Assembly (NCBI RefSeq): GCF_018350175.1
Contig: NC_058368.1
Span: forward strand, 146,446,001-146,510,000
Direction of reading: 5' to 3'
Source: Felis catus
Lineage: Eukaryota
DNA length: 64,000 bases
This document shows, one piece after another, positions 12,548 through 25,238 of this stretch; position 1 is the stretch's first letter, and every line of letters starts with the position of its first letter. The translations under genes were made by a program, and so were the position numbers. The notes beneath the pieces were generated by a model. It was not told where the DNA came from and did not search any database. It saw nothing but the letters and a program-made list of their open reading frames with translations.

Positions 12548-15500
12548 TGAAGGGGATCTTTCTTCAGCAGGAGAACCTGTTAGAGCTCCTGGAAGTAAAA
12601 TCCAGAAAAGGGCGGGGATTCTGCAAGACTGTACCCACAGGAGTTTCTCACTGTCAAACTACACTCCGTCTCCAGTGTTTCATTGAAATTCTCGCTTAAG
12701 TATTACTACCAATTTATGGCTCCAGAAGCCTCAACTCCAGGTAAGTAGATCTCAATAACTCTGAACTGACCTGTCTCTACAGATTTGGGGTGGTAGTTTA
12801 CCCTGAAATTTTCATTATCTGAAAGGTCCAAGACAAGTTACTGACTTTCAGTTGGTTCACCTTTTTCTTACAAGGGTAAGGGGTGATGTTTTCCAAGCTC
12901 TTTACATATGAGAAGTGAAACTGGACCCCCCTCATGTAATAAATTTACTTAATCCATAAACAAATGGAGAGCTGAAATGTTATTTTGACTCAATTCAATT
13001 TTTACAATTAAAAAAATCATAAAAATGGAATTATATATTATATGAACTTGTATATAAAGTGGGTACTTTTATTAATTCTGTTTAAGAAAATCAAAGGTTA
13101 AATATCTATATTTTATTCATCTTGTAAATATTAATTACATGATTATTACATTTCGAGTATTGTGATTATATTCTGTACCATGTGACTACAAGGATTCTTC
13201 TAAAAATTAATCGTCATTATTTGGAACTTTATAAAACATATTATTAATGCTCAAGCTAACAGTTTCTTAACTGAAAAATAATTGGAAAAAATCTGTTGCA
13301 CTTTATATTTACACAAAGGGAAAATTTTCATTATTTGTGACATCTTGTTCAAGATCTCATGTAGTAATTTAGAGAGCTCAGGGAGTTAAATTAGTATAAG
13401 GAAGTCTAAGTTCTTCACAGATTTCTTTAATCTAAATACAGTTTTATTCTTTTGTCAGTATTCAAAATTCAGAGATTTGCAAATGCTACAAAATTACCAC
13501 CTTCAAGAATGAGTATTGGCAGGTAAAAATACTCTTCCTTAGGTGTAATAATAAACAATGTGACTTTTGCAAGAAGTCACATAATCATTACTTTGTTGGG
13601 CTTTGTATTTTTTTGGTTTTAAGTAGATTATACATGTGTTTTTAAGACTTTAAAATCAGCAGGTGAATATGAATAAATTCAGGTAGAAAATAAATAAACA
13701 TTACTGGCAGCATTTCCTTTCTCTAAACATTAAATATGTAAAACACAAGTAGTCCACACCAAGATTATACAATTAAGAAAATTATAAAATATTTTTTTAA
13801 GGTATGTCATTTTCCTATAAAATTTGCCTAAGTTTTCTTCCTATATATATACATTTTAATTTTGTGTTGGGAAGGATGAAAGAATAACAAAAAAAATTAA
13901 ATATGTTCCCCTAGGTATAATCACAAAGCTGTCCTTGGATAAAAACTTATTACTGGACTTAAATTTAAGCCAGAGGGATAGACACATATGTAGAATAGTT
14001 CTTGGGCCAGTAGAATAGAACAATTTCTCTCAGACTATAGCTATTCTTGTACTACTTTATTGTTTGTGATTTATTTCTTTGCGTCACAGCGAAACCTATT
14101 CTTTTAAAATTTGTATACACCTGGTTACTTACCACCTTTATCTGCCAAATCATCTTAACTTATTAGGTGTGTTCCTCTGTGACAGCTGATATGGAAACAC
14201 TATGTGTTAAGACTTTTGATTTGGGAAAGATAGAGGGAGAAAACAACTGGATCCTGAGGCACTACCCAGGAAGGGTAAATTTTGATCAATTTATTGTTCA
14301 ATAGATAATATATAATAATACATATATTATATATATATATGTATAATATATATACATATATATATGTATGTACACTATATATGTTGTTGGGGGGGGTCAT
14401 GCAGGACACGGTGCAGGACTTTAGGACACCCTGTGAATACTATGTAAAGAAAGGCAAAGCAAAACTAGTCAAGTTTATACAGAAAAATGACTTTCATAAT
14501 TTCTCCTTAGAACAGCATCTCAGAGTTGTTCCTTGAAATGGTAAAATGTCTGGCAAATAACAAGTTCTCTAGTCATATGCTTTTAGAAAACTTTGCAGGC
14601 TATATAACCCTTTCTAAGATTAACAGGATGCATTGCCCGTTAGCTTTGGTGAACCAACATTTCCAAATGTGTTTGAATTTAGAACACCTTTTACTGCAGT
14701 GTCTCATGGGATTTTGAAAAACACTTTCCCAGAGAAGTTTCTGATTACAATTATTACTACTTCTAGTAAGTATCCCCCCAGAATAATTGAGATTGACTGA
14801 AATTTTTTTGCTGAAAAAGTCGGTGTTTCATGGTATTCATTACCCAAAAACTTAAGCTCCAAAATCTAATTTGAAGCAAATCTTTAAATATGCATTTCAC
14901 TTTCCCACTGTTTGCCTTTTGGTAATGAAATGACATTACTTTATTTCATATAAATGACATTTTGAATAGTACCATATTTTCAAAATTAATGAAATGATTG
15001 AATTTCTTTTTATAGATAAAATTGAGTTATAGTTCTGTAAGTTAAACACAGCAGTACTTTTATTCTCTTTCTTACAGACTAGTTAACATTCCACTGAACC
15101 CAATGCACAGGAATCCTTTCTTTCCTGTTTTGTTTTTTTTTTCTTTCCTAAACTATGTCTCTGCTTGAAAATTCATACTCCCTTCTTCTTTCATAGTCAT
15201 ATCCTTTAAATGCCACTTCTGGAAATCATGAGAACAATCTATCCTCTTTGAACTTGTAGGCTGTTGAGCACATCATCAGCCATGATACCATTTTGCCTGT
15301 TATTTATATACATGCTTTACCTCCATTCTTAGCTTATGTGCTGTTTGAACGCCGAGATAGGACACCTGCATCTTCTGTATTCCATGGCACTTAGCAAGAT
15401 ACTTGTACATTTTTTAGACATGCAGAAAATATTTGCTAAATTAATAAATGAGTGAATGAGTGTGTTTTTACCTCACATTACCTAAGAAAAAATTTAGAAC

Positions 15501-15668
15501 AGAGTAGGTTGAAAACAAATCTTAAATTAACACTCTAAAACCACTAATATATGGGTATTTTTAACATTGGTTTCACTTAAAAAATTGTGGACATTTAATA
15601 CCAGTATTATCTAACTCTTTAAATCTTTTTTCCAAAATGTCCAAAGGTGTTTGTCTTTTTCTCTTTTC

Positions 15669-15883
15669 TTTTTTTTTTTTAACATTTATTTATTTTTGAA
15701 ACAGAGAGAGACAGAGCATGAACAGGGGAGGGGCAGAGAGAGAGGGAGACACAGAATCGGAAGCAGGCTCCAGGCTCTGAGCCATCAGCCCAGAGCCTGA
15801 CGCGGGGCTTGAACTCACAGACTGTGAGATCGTGACCTGAGCCGAAGTTGGACACTCAACCGACTGACCCACCCAGGCGCCCC
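15669..15883 (-). mobile_element. Young CanSINE with 15-bp TSD
   Basis: TSD TCTTTTTCTCTTTTC at 15654-15668 and 15884-15898. Confidence 0.95.
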
Positions 15884-16889
15884 TCTTTTTCTCTTTTCAT
15901 CATAAATAGGTATAAACAATACTTTAAATGCTCTGTGGACTAAAGAGTAAAATTTGATAAAAAATGAGCAGGACTAACCCATTAGTACCATCTGTCGTAG
16001 GCAGATACACTTATGCTCTAACCAATGGTGTGTATAAATACAGAAGTTCTCAAGTGCATAGGGGGCACTTAGAGACCTTCTTCTGCAAATAGGATTTTGT
16101 GCCGAAGACATACATTCAAAAGGTAACAGAGGCAACAAAAACAAAGATTTAGTATTATTGGATTTTAAGGTCTAAATTTTTGGTGTTTTGAAGAAAAAAT
16201 GCAAAGTTATGAAGTGGTTCAAAGATAGAGTAACCAAATAGTTTTACCAGTGGAAAATTATCTTCACTGTATCAGACATGTGCCCCAAGTGTTCACGACT
16301 ATCAGTGAAACTTCTTGAACTGACTAAATAAAAATATACACTGGGAGCAGTGTGTATCCAAATAATACTCCATTACTTCAGAGAATATATGTGGCCTATA
16401 AAAACCATTGACATAGATTACCATTAGCAGCAAATTCTTTCTGAAGTTTTGTAGGATTAATTAAGATTTCAGGTTGCCTTATTATAAGATCATAAGCAAA
16501 AATAAACAAATAACAACAACAACAACAGTGACAACAAAAGTAGTGTAGTTAGAGTTAAAGGACCAGGTATCAAAAAGTAAACACACCAGATACAAAACTA
16601 GGGTTGAAGCCTGAATTTTAGGTATGCATAAATTATTACAAACGATTACTAGTTCACATAAATTTACTTAACTTTAATGATAATGCTTTTATTCCACTAC
16701 TGGAATCTTTTAAATCATTTTAGATATTGTTAACACTTTTTTTTAAAGAACAATTTAAAGTTAGTTTTATATAGAGCAAGAGGGTTTTTGGGGAACACTC
16801 TTTGGTGCTATGATGAAATCCTTGAATCCATTTAGGTAGGTAAATAGAAAAGTCAACAGTTAGTTCTTCCCTGGAAATCTGTAACATTA

Positions 16890-17170
16890 TTTCTCAAAGT
16901 TTCTTATGTTGAACACTAGTACCTCAGCAGATTAATACATGCTAAATAAGGAAATGAAGGAGTTTGCAAAATCTCCAAATACAGGAATCAGTGGATTGAA
17001 TGAAAGTAAAAGGATTTATACACTTTCAAAGCTTTCCATATCCTAATGTGCCTCATTGACCTTTAAGAGGAACATATAGTAGGTAGCATTTGCAAAGAAT
17101 TGTTTGACGGTAGAACTACTCTTTCATCCAACATCATGCATTAGTTTGGTGCATGTTTTCTGAAACACTG
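16890..17170. mobile_element. Ancient hAT-Charlie-type relic (similar relics near 14500-14730, 25740-25935, 63070-63205)
   Basis: Degenerate termini TTTCTCAAAGT...GAACACTAG and ...TTTTCTGAAACACTG; family not certain. Confidence 0.4.
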
Positions 17171-17329
17171 TCCTATTGTTTCAAAGAGGGGGAAAAATGA
17201 TGAGTATGTAGAATAATCCACCTTACCTTTCTGTCATAAAAAGTTGTATGTAAAACGATGCCATCAGAAAAGACCTCTCTGAAATCATAGAGCTTACATG
17301 TTAGATAATTAACTTTATAAAAAGCTGAC

Positions 17330-17564
17330 AAATACAAAAAAAAAATAATTGTACACAGAGATATATGCTAGAAAGGAAACAAACAGGTAGTTGAGATAGG
17401 TAGTCAGGAAGGAATCCAGGCAGTAATATTTAATATGCATGTAAACAGGAAGAGCTATACTTTTAGAAGTGAGGCATTCCATGAAGAAAGAATGGCCTAT
17501 ACAAAGTCTCTAAGGTGGGAAGAAACTTAGCATGGCTAGGTGGTAATATAGACAGGAAGGGATG

Positions 17565-17596
<32 letters not shown>

Positions 17597-17960
17597 TGTG
17601 GTTGGTTGGGTGGGGTGAATGTAGCATGGAGATGTAGGCAGAAGCCAGATCATGCAGAGCCTGAAGGCCAAAGCAAGGGAGCTTGGATTTCATTCTATGT
17701 ACTTTGGGAAGCTTTTGCAGTGTTTAAAGATTGAATTTTGTTATTTGATTTACGCTGTGAGAAGATCACTTTTCCTGTGCTCTGGTGGATTGACTGAAAA
17801 GTGGGCAAAAGTGGAGCTCTGGAAGACCAGTTAGGAGGCTGTTGTTAATCCAGATGAGAGATGCAAGGGATGATGTGTTGTCAGGTTCGATATAGAGTTT
17901 GATGCTTTCCAGTGGGAGAAAAGAGAAAAGCAGCGAATAAGGATGACCTTAATCTTTTTT
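17330..17960. mobile_element. L2 remnant containing a (CA)n tract at 17565-17600
   Basis: L2-typical purine-rich text GAAGCCAGATCATGCAGAGCC...GAGCTTGGATTTCATTC...AGACCAGTTAGGAGGCTGTTG. Confidence 0.6.
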
Positions 17961-18871
17961 TTTTTCCCCTCTGCTCTCCTTTCCAAATAGCTCAAGTATT
18001 TATTTAGCATTGCTTTATGCCAAAGTATAAATTATATGAATTCAGATCTCTCTTGAGTTTGACTTTATTTGATTTAATGTTTGGAAGATTTCCAGAATGA
18101 CTGGCAGAGATAATGTGTAAAGTCTCTTGGAGTCATGTCTCCCCTTTGCCTGTTCTATTCTTCGTCCTTTGACACTTTATTTCAGCATACCCTTTTACTT
18201 AGAATGAACCTCATTTGCTTTCACCTTAATTATGACACTTTTGTAAAGGACATGTACATGAAAACTCAATTGGTATTATGAAAAATAACTCTTTGGGCAC
18301 AGATATGCCACCATGGCATTCTCCGCAGTAGCTGTCCTTATTACTGTCATTTATACTAGTGAGGTGTTATTCCTCCTAAATTTAAATTTCAGTCATGCTT
18401 CATACCACTTATGAGCTTTGAGTTTATGATTAAAAAAACCAAAAACAAAAAAAACACTTAAGTTCTGAAGGAATCTCTTCCCTATAGAAAACTTGTGCTA
18501 TATAGAAGTATCATGCAGATTATTTTTAACTTCACTTATTCACATTTAAACTACTTGCACTTTTATGTTTGCTAAATTCCATCTAAATGAAAATTGCAAA
18601 GAAAATAGAAAGTTTGTATTTGCCTCATTTGCATTTATGAAGTGAACTTCCTCAAAACCCTATGCATAGAAACACTTGAGTTTTCTAAAATTATTTAGTA
18701 AACACACCAGTATGTAAGTGTTGTTTAGTACGTCTTAATAGGAGGTAACAGAAATAGGCAATGTTTTTGCTTTTGGGGATTGGCTGTGAAGAAGAGATTC
18801 CAAGCAGTGAGGATTCTTAAACTTTAGACGGTATTAGAGAATAAGATCATAGACTGCTTTAAAAATAGACT

Positions 18872-18878
18872 TAAGGAA

Positions 18879-18912
<34 letters not shown>

Positions 18913-18919
18913 TTCCTTA
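18872..18919. repeat. Perfect 48-bp palindrome TAAGGAATGC(AT)14GCATTCCTTA
   Basis: Read directly; self-complementary base by base. Confidence 0.95.
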
Positions 18920-19042
18920 TATATATGCAAAATATGCATATATTTTATGCATATATATATATGCAAAAAACAAGATACTCCTTTTTCTCATAGGCCATAG
19001 AGACATTCACCTTACAGATAGGTTCTTAGATTGCCTATTTCT

Positions 19043-19264
19043 TTTTTTTATTTTTTGTTTCAACGTTTATTTATTTTTTGGGACAGAGAGAGACAGAGCA
19101 TGAACGAGCAAGGGGCAGAGAGAGAGGGAGACACAGAATCGGAAACAGGCTCCAGGCTCTGAGCCATCAGCCCAGAGCCTGACGCGGGGCTCAAACTCCC
19201 GGACCGCGAGATCGTGACCTGGCTGAAGTCGGACGCTTAACCGACTGCGCCACCCAGGCGCCCC
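19043..19264 (-). mobile_element. Very young CanSINE with perfect 16-bp TSD
   Basis: TSD TAGATTGCCTATTTCT at 19027-19042 and 19265-19280; more than a dozen CpGs retained. Confidence 0.97.
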
Positions 19265-20406
19265 TAGATTGCCTATTTCTAAGGGATGAAAAAGTTACAT
19301 GCTTTAGTGTCCTTAGTTATTCACCAAAGAATTGTAAAGTAATGGCCATATGTTTAGTATGCCTAGTTTCTGTTAGTTCTCTTCAGGACTGAAATTGTTA
19401 GGTAGGAACATGAATATTGGTAAAGCTAAATCCTTTCACATGCTCTTCGCACCCTCATTATTTCTTATCTGATTTATTACAATTTCTTCCTATTCCATCC
19501 TTTTGCTTCCAGTTTTCACTTTCTTGCCACCATTCTCCACCTTGCTGCCAAAATTATCTTAATTAAAACAGATTTAATCATGCTATTACTTGTTTAAATT
19601 GATTAGTATAAAAACCCATACTTTTTCTCATTGCCTGCAGGATCCCTTAATTCATTATTTCTTTATGTCTCTGCTTACATAGCAGAAACATACTGTCATC
19701 CCCATTTTGAAGTTAGGAGACTGAAGCTCAGAGAGGTTAACTTCAGCAAGGTTACAAAGCTACTAAGTGGCAGAGTTTAGGTGACAAATATTGTATTAAT
19801 TCAGTCCTGTGAAGTTTGTTGAATGTTTTCTGATGGCACCAAAAATCTTCCATATGTGCTGGAGATAAATGTGTCTTCAGTTGTTGGGTGAAGTGTTCTA
19901 TAAGTGTTCATCGGGCCAGATTCGTTAGTCTTGTTATTAAAATCTTCTGTATCCATATCCATTTTCCTCTGATTATTCTCTGAAAAGAGATGTGTTCCAG
20001 TCTCCCACTATGATAAATGTATCTGTGTCTTGTGCTTGTCTATCTAAGGCCATATTATTAGATAAAATAGTTTTATCTTCTGGTAGAATGGAATCTTTTA
20101 TTATTATTAAAATGGCTCTCATTTCTAGTAATGGTTTTATGTCAATAAAAGATATTAGTATAACCACATGAGATTTCTTTTGGTTAGAACTTACCTATTT
20201 TTTCCATCCTTATTAGTTTCTACCTTTATGTATCCTTACATTTTGGGAATCTCTCTGGCATATTGCATTTAGATGGATTTCTTTTTGAGTCCTGACAGTT
20301 TTTGTCTTTCAACTTTTATATTTTACTATTTTGGAGGAAATACATTGTTTTCTTCTTTTAGTGGCTAATTCCAACATACTTTCTTAACTTGTGAAAGTAT
20401 AAGGTC

Positions 20407-20617
20407 GGGGTATCTGGGTGGCTCAGTTACTTAGGCGACAGACTTTTGGTCTCAGCTCAGGTCATGATCTCACGGTTCAGGCCCTGCATCAGGCTCTGAT
20501 GGTGTGGAGCCTGCTTGGGATGCTCGCTCTCTCCCACTCTATCTGCCTCTACCTTGCTTGCACTCTCTCTCTTTCTCAATAAATAAATAAACTAAATAAA
20601 TGGAAAAAAAGAAAGAG
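20407..20617 (+). mobile_element. CanSINE
   Basis: Head GGGGTATCTGGGTGGCTCAG; TSD AAAG(T/C)ATAAGGTC. Confidence 0.9.
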
Positions 20618-20962
20618 AAAGCATAAGGTCAATCAGTGTCCATTTGTTCTTATCATACCACACAAGGATTTAGACTTTAATTCCTCTAAATTTCTTCAAT
20701 TCCAAAATCCTACCATCTCTATATGTTATTTTTGTATTTGGGGGATAGTTTAATGGTCTTTTTGTTGTTGTTGTTACTGTTCAGTGCTCATTTAAATTTA
20801 TCTACAGATTTATAACTTTCATTTTCTTGTTTTCCTTCTTGCATTTTAGAACTGCTGAGATTATTTTCTATTATCTAAATTCATTCTTTAGAATTTCCTT
20901 TTATGAAGCTCTACTAGAGGCCAACGTTTTCAATTTTAGGGGGTTAAAAATATTTTTATTTT

Positions 20963-21127
20963 GGGGAAACTGGGTGGCTCAGTTAATTGAGCATCCGACT
21001 CTTGATTTTGGCTCAGGTCATGATCCCAAGGTCATGGGACATAGCCCCTCGTCAGGTTCCTCACTGAGCCTGGAGCCTGCTTGGGATTCTGTCTCTCTTC
21101 CTCTGCCCCTCTCCCCCACTCACGCTC

Positions 21128-21177
<50 letters not shown>

Positions 21178-21196
21178 AAAAATAAATAAATGAAAG
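20963..21196 (+). mobile_element. CanSINE with expanded (CT)n
   Basis: TSD AAAATATTTTTATTT; (CT)n at ~21133-21173. Confidence 0.92.
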
Positions 21197-21785
21197 AAAA
21201 TATTTTTATTTCACTTTTGTTCTTGAAAAAATTCTACTGGTATTGGAATTTGGGGTTAGCAGTTACTTTCTTTCAGCTTTCAGCATACTCTAGATTTCAT
21301 CTCACCGGAAGTTGAGAGTTGTCTGACAGTGTTTGGGATTAATCTTCCTTTTCTCACTGGCTGTTTTTAAGATTGCCTCTTTGTCTTCGGTCTGAAATGT
21401 TACTATGATATATCCAAGTGTGGCTTTCTTTTTGGTTATTTTATTTGTGATTTTTCATTTTTAAGATAACAGTCACTTTCTCAGCCATTATTTTATCAAA
21501 TATCTCTTCATCCCATTATCTATGTCCTTTCCTTTTGGAGCTCATATTACACTTAAGTTAGATCAGCTCACTCTATTTTTCATATCTCTTAATGTCTCTT
21601 ATACTATTTGTCAGACTTTCTATTGTAATCTATGTTTCAGTTCACTAATTCACTTTTCAGGTATAACAGACTAAACTCTGTGAAGCTGGCTATTGAATTT
21701 TGTATTTCAGGTATTATAATTTTTATTTTTACAAATGATACATTTTTTAAATCTGCTTTGCACTTTATGTTTTCTCTTCTCATTC

Positions 21786-22002
21786 TTTTTTTTTTTTTTA
21801 AGTTTATTTATTTATTTTGAGAGAGAGTGAGAAAGTGCAGGAAGAGGGGCAGAGAGAGAGATAGAGAGAGGATCCCAAGCAGGCTCCACACTGTCGGCAC
21901 AGGGCCAGATGCAGGACTCAATCCCAGGGACCAAGAGATCATGATCTGAGCTGAGATGAAGAGTCAGACACTTGGGTAACTGGCTGAGCCACCCAGATAC
22001 CT
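21786..22002 (-). mobile_element. CanSINE
   Basis: Poly(T), GA tract, GAGATCATGATCTGAGC, GCTGAGCCACCCAG. Confidence 0.88.
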
Positions 22003-23243
22003 CTGACCATTCTTAAGAGTATCGTTTATTTCTTGAATTGGAGGAAGCATTGTTATTTTATTGCTGTTAGTTATATTTGAAATCTTCATGACCAGTATCT
22101 CTTGCTTTTATTTCTGCTGTTCGCACTCATGATCCTTGTTTCCTTATGAGTGAAGTAATCATTTACTATGATTTTCATTTTTGTTGGAAAATTACTTGTG
22201 GAAATTCTTTGAGGCCTCCTGTGGAGGTGTTTTTCCTGAAAAAATATTTGTCATTGTTTCTGCCACCCATGGGCCCTAAGGCTCTTCAGCTATTTTAAAC
22301 TACATAGTTTGAGTGTTTCTTGTTTCTTTTTTAGCTTTATTTAGTTATAATTGTCAAATAAAACTGTAATATATTCGAAGTGCACAATATGATTTGATGT
22401 ACATATACATTGAGACAGGGTTCCCACAAATGAGTTAACACACCTTCACTGAGGTTTTGTTGTTTTTTTTTTTTTTAATTACCCAAATCGCATTAATTTG
22501 GGCTGCAAATATACCCATGGACAGGTCTGTAGTTACTAAGTGAATCTGTGGCATCCCGCCTTTATGGAGGAGGATCTCTGCTTTGGGCAAGCCCTAGGTT
22601 CAACAGCTCTGTACAAACTGCACCTTAAATTCACTAAGTTCCAGTAAATGTCCTCAAGTAAACATAGTTTCAGTGCTCCTTCCCTTTCTAGGAGCCTGCT
22701 TTCTCTTAGTTTTTCATCTAATAACTTCCATACTTTATTATCTGTACAGTGCTATTAAGGGGGAAAAAAGTATGTATGTACGTACACATTCGCATGTGTA
22801 CACACACATTTTAGTTTTTTTTTAGTTCGTTTAAAGCAATAGATATTGTGTAGACACCTAGCCTTTCAAGTATTAGAGACAAGCGTTCAAATTCAGAAGC
22901 TTACAACTTAGCAAGAACTGTACTACAGGTATAAGTAAAATAACTTTTCATCAGAGTGGCTAGAAAACAGCTTGTTGTGATACACAGATTTCGTGTTTAA
23001 TAGCAAACTAATTATGGAAGACCTAATTCAAGGAGAAATAGTTTGTAAGCATTCTTGGAATGGTGAAAAATAACAACGCCAACAAAAATAATGATCACTA
23101 ATACTATTAAAGACTTAACAACAGTTTTTCAAAGGGCTTCGTGTGCATTATTTCAATTAGTCCTTCCACTAATTCTATGAGATAACTAGTATTTTTATCC
23201 TCATCTTATAATGAGGGAACTGAGCTACAAAGAGTCACAGAGG

Positions 23244-23423
23244 GGGGTGCATGGGTGGCTCAGTCTGTTGAATGTCTGACTATTGGTTTGGGCTCAGGTC
23301 ATGATCTCACGGTTCGTTAGATTGAACCTTGCATCGGGCTTTGTGTTGACAGTGTGGGGCCTGCTTGGGGTTCTCTCTCTCTGTTTCTCTCTCTCTGCCT
23401 TTCCCCCACTCATGCACACACAC

Positions 23424-23455
<32 letters not shown>

Positions 23456-23498
23456 TCTCTCTTTCTCTCTCTCTCAAAATAAATAAACTTAAAAAAAA
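23244..23498 (+). mobile_element. CanSINE with internal (CA)n
   Basis: GGGTGGCTCAGTC head; (CA)n at ~23415-23454; AATAAATAAAC tail. Confidence 0.9.
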
Positions 23499-24201
23499 GG
23501 TCACATAATCAGTGGTGTAAAAGAAAATCATACTTGGGTAATAACAATCTAAAGTCCATGGTATATACTATATTGTTGCCCTGGAAGTAAAGGAAAAATG
23601 AAGGATTATTTATGCACAAAGAAAAATTTCAGATATATCTCATTCAAGAAAAAACTGAAGCAAAGCCTGCATTTATAAGAACAATTATTATATAGTATAG
23701 GAAATGTCACGTAAATGTTGGTTGATGACCAAATATTTTTATTACGAGGAAGCTTTAATTATAATTATAGTAATATAATAATAAAGTATAAGGAAAATAA
23801 GTACCAGAAATAATTCACAATACTTCTAAACTGTAAAAACGAGAGGTAGCTTTTATGGCAAACCTTTAAAAATGGGCCAATTAAAATATCCCTAATTGTA
23901 TACTACAATAACTTGTGAAAATCAAATATAACCTAGCAAAAAACCCTGCAAATAACACAATAGAAAATTCAATTAGAGAGACAAAGAACACCACATAGCC
24001 TACTTACTTTAGTTAATATGTGGAGTAAACTGTTTGAGAATGAAGGATTTGAGGTAATGATTCAAATGAGTACAATTTCAAGTACAAGAAAATGACTACA
24101 AATAGAATTAGGGAAAACTTTGATAATATTTGCAGATGACGCATGGCAAATAAGGAAACAATTTGAGAATATAGTAAAACTAATTACTTTGAACTTGACT
24201 A

Positions 24202-24754
24202 CAGTCAACCCTTGATTAACTGGAATAATTGGAGTGATGAATAGATTGAAAGGAAACCACAGATTACCCAGAATTGTGGGTTAAACAAAACTACAAAACT
24301 AATAACAATGTGACATGAAATGATTTTTTTCAGTAAACTAGTATTTCAGAACACAGTCCACAGATATTATCCAAAAGTGTAAAAGTTATACATGTGCTTT
24401 AAGGCCACATAAAGTGTCTGCCAAAAAAGAGAATGGGCTGTTCAACAACTTCTTAGTGAAGATCCCTTGTGTTCATGAGACTTGAATTAAGCAGACATAT
24501 GCCTCCTTTCTCTTCCATTGCTCACCCTTACCTCGGTTCAACCAAAGTCCCTGCTCTTCAGTATTAGAATATACCACAGTACCGCTCTATGGGCTGAGGA
24601 ATGGGGCAGGTTACCATTGATTATATACTACAAAATCTCTTTTGGTATCTAGTTTTTTTATTGGTTTATAGGAATTTTAATTTCTTCACACATACACTCT
24701 CTATGGTTAATTATAACTTCAGTTATTGTCTGCCAGATAACCAAGAGTTGAGTG
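24202..24754. mobile_element. Tc1/mariner-Tigger-like non-autonomous element with 22-bp TIRs
   Basis: Left TA|CAGTCAACCCTTGATTAACTGG vs reverse complement of the right end CACTCAACTCTTGGTTATCTGG (18/22 match). Confidence 0.55.
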
Positions 24755-25026
24755 CCCTCCCAAATATGTAGTCATTTAAATAATCTCTAGAGGAAGTTTA
24801 CCTTTGCTTTGCTTCAATAAAATTTTCACACACACGGTGCATGAACTGATATTTAAGTAAGACTCTGGGAATAATGTTTCATTTGCTTCAGAGAACAATA
24901 ACTTTTACATTTCTTTTTAAAGACACATGCTCAGATTGCTTCGTATGAAATAGCTACCTATAAATATGTCTTAAATTGAATTAGTGGACAGAAGCTGAAT
25001 TTCTGAATTAAAAACAAATAAATATA

Positions 25027-25238
25027 GGGGTGCCTGGGTGGCTCAGTCTATTGAGCATCTGACTCTTGATCCAGGGTCATGGGATCGAGCCCCACATTGC
25101 CTGCATGCTGAGTGTGGAGCCTGCTTGAGATTCTCTTTCTCTCTCTCCCTTCCCCTCTCTCTCACCTTCTGTCTCTTTCCCCCTTGCATTCTCTGTTTCT
25201 ATGACAAACAAACAGAGAGACAAACAAAAAAACATACC
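25027..25238 (+). mobile_element. CanSINE (older)
   Basis: GGGGTGCCTGGGTGGCTCAG head; TSD AAAAACAAATAAA(T/C)ATA. Confidence 0.88.

Larger units (their letters stand above)
10990..12930 (-). mobile_element. Old L1M-type fragment carrying two later SINE insertions
   Basis: T-rich degenerate antisense L1 text (CAGCATTGTTTCAAATTATTCC, TTCTAGCATTTCATTTTGATTC, TTGTTGAAAGCTGACA); no ORF; boundaries approximate. Confidence 0.55.
19820..22870 (-). mobile_element. Fragmented ancient L1 (L1ME-like) with nested SINEs and a short L1 3' end (~22330-22450)
   Basis: Degenerate antisense L1 text (CAGTTGTTGGGTGAAGTGTTCTATA, TCTCCCACTATGAT, GATATTAGTATAACCAC); boundaries approximate. Confidence 0.5.
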
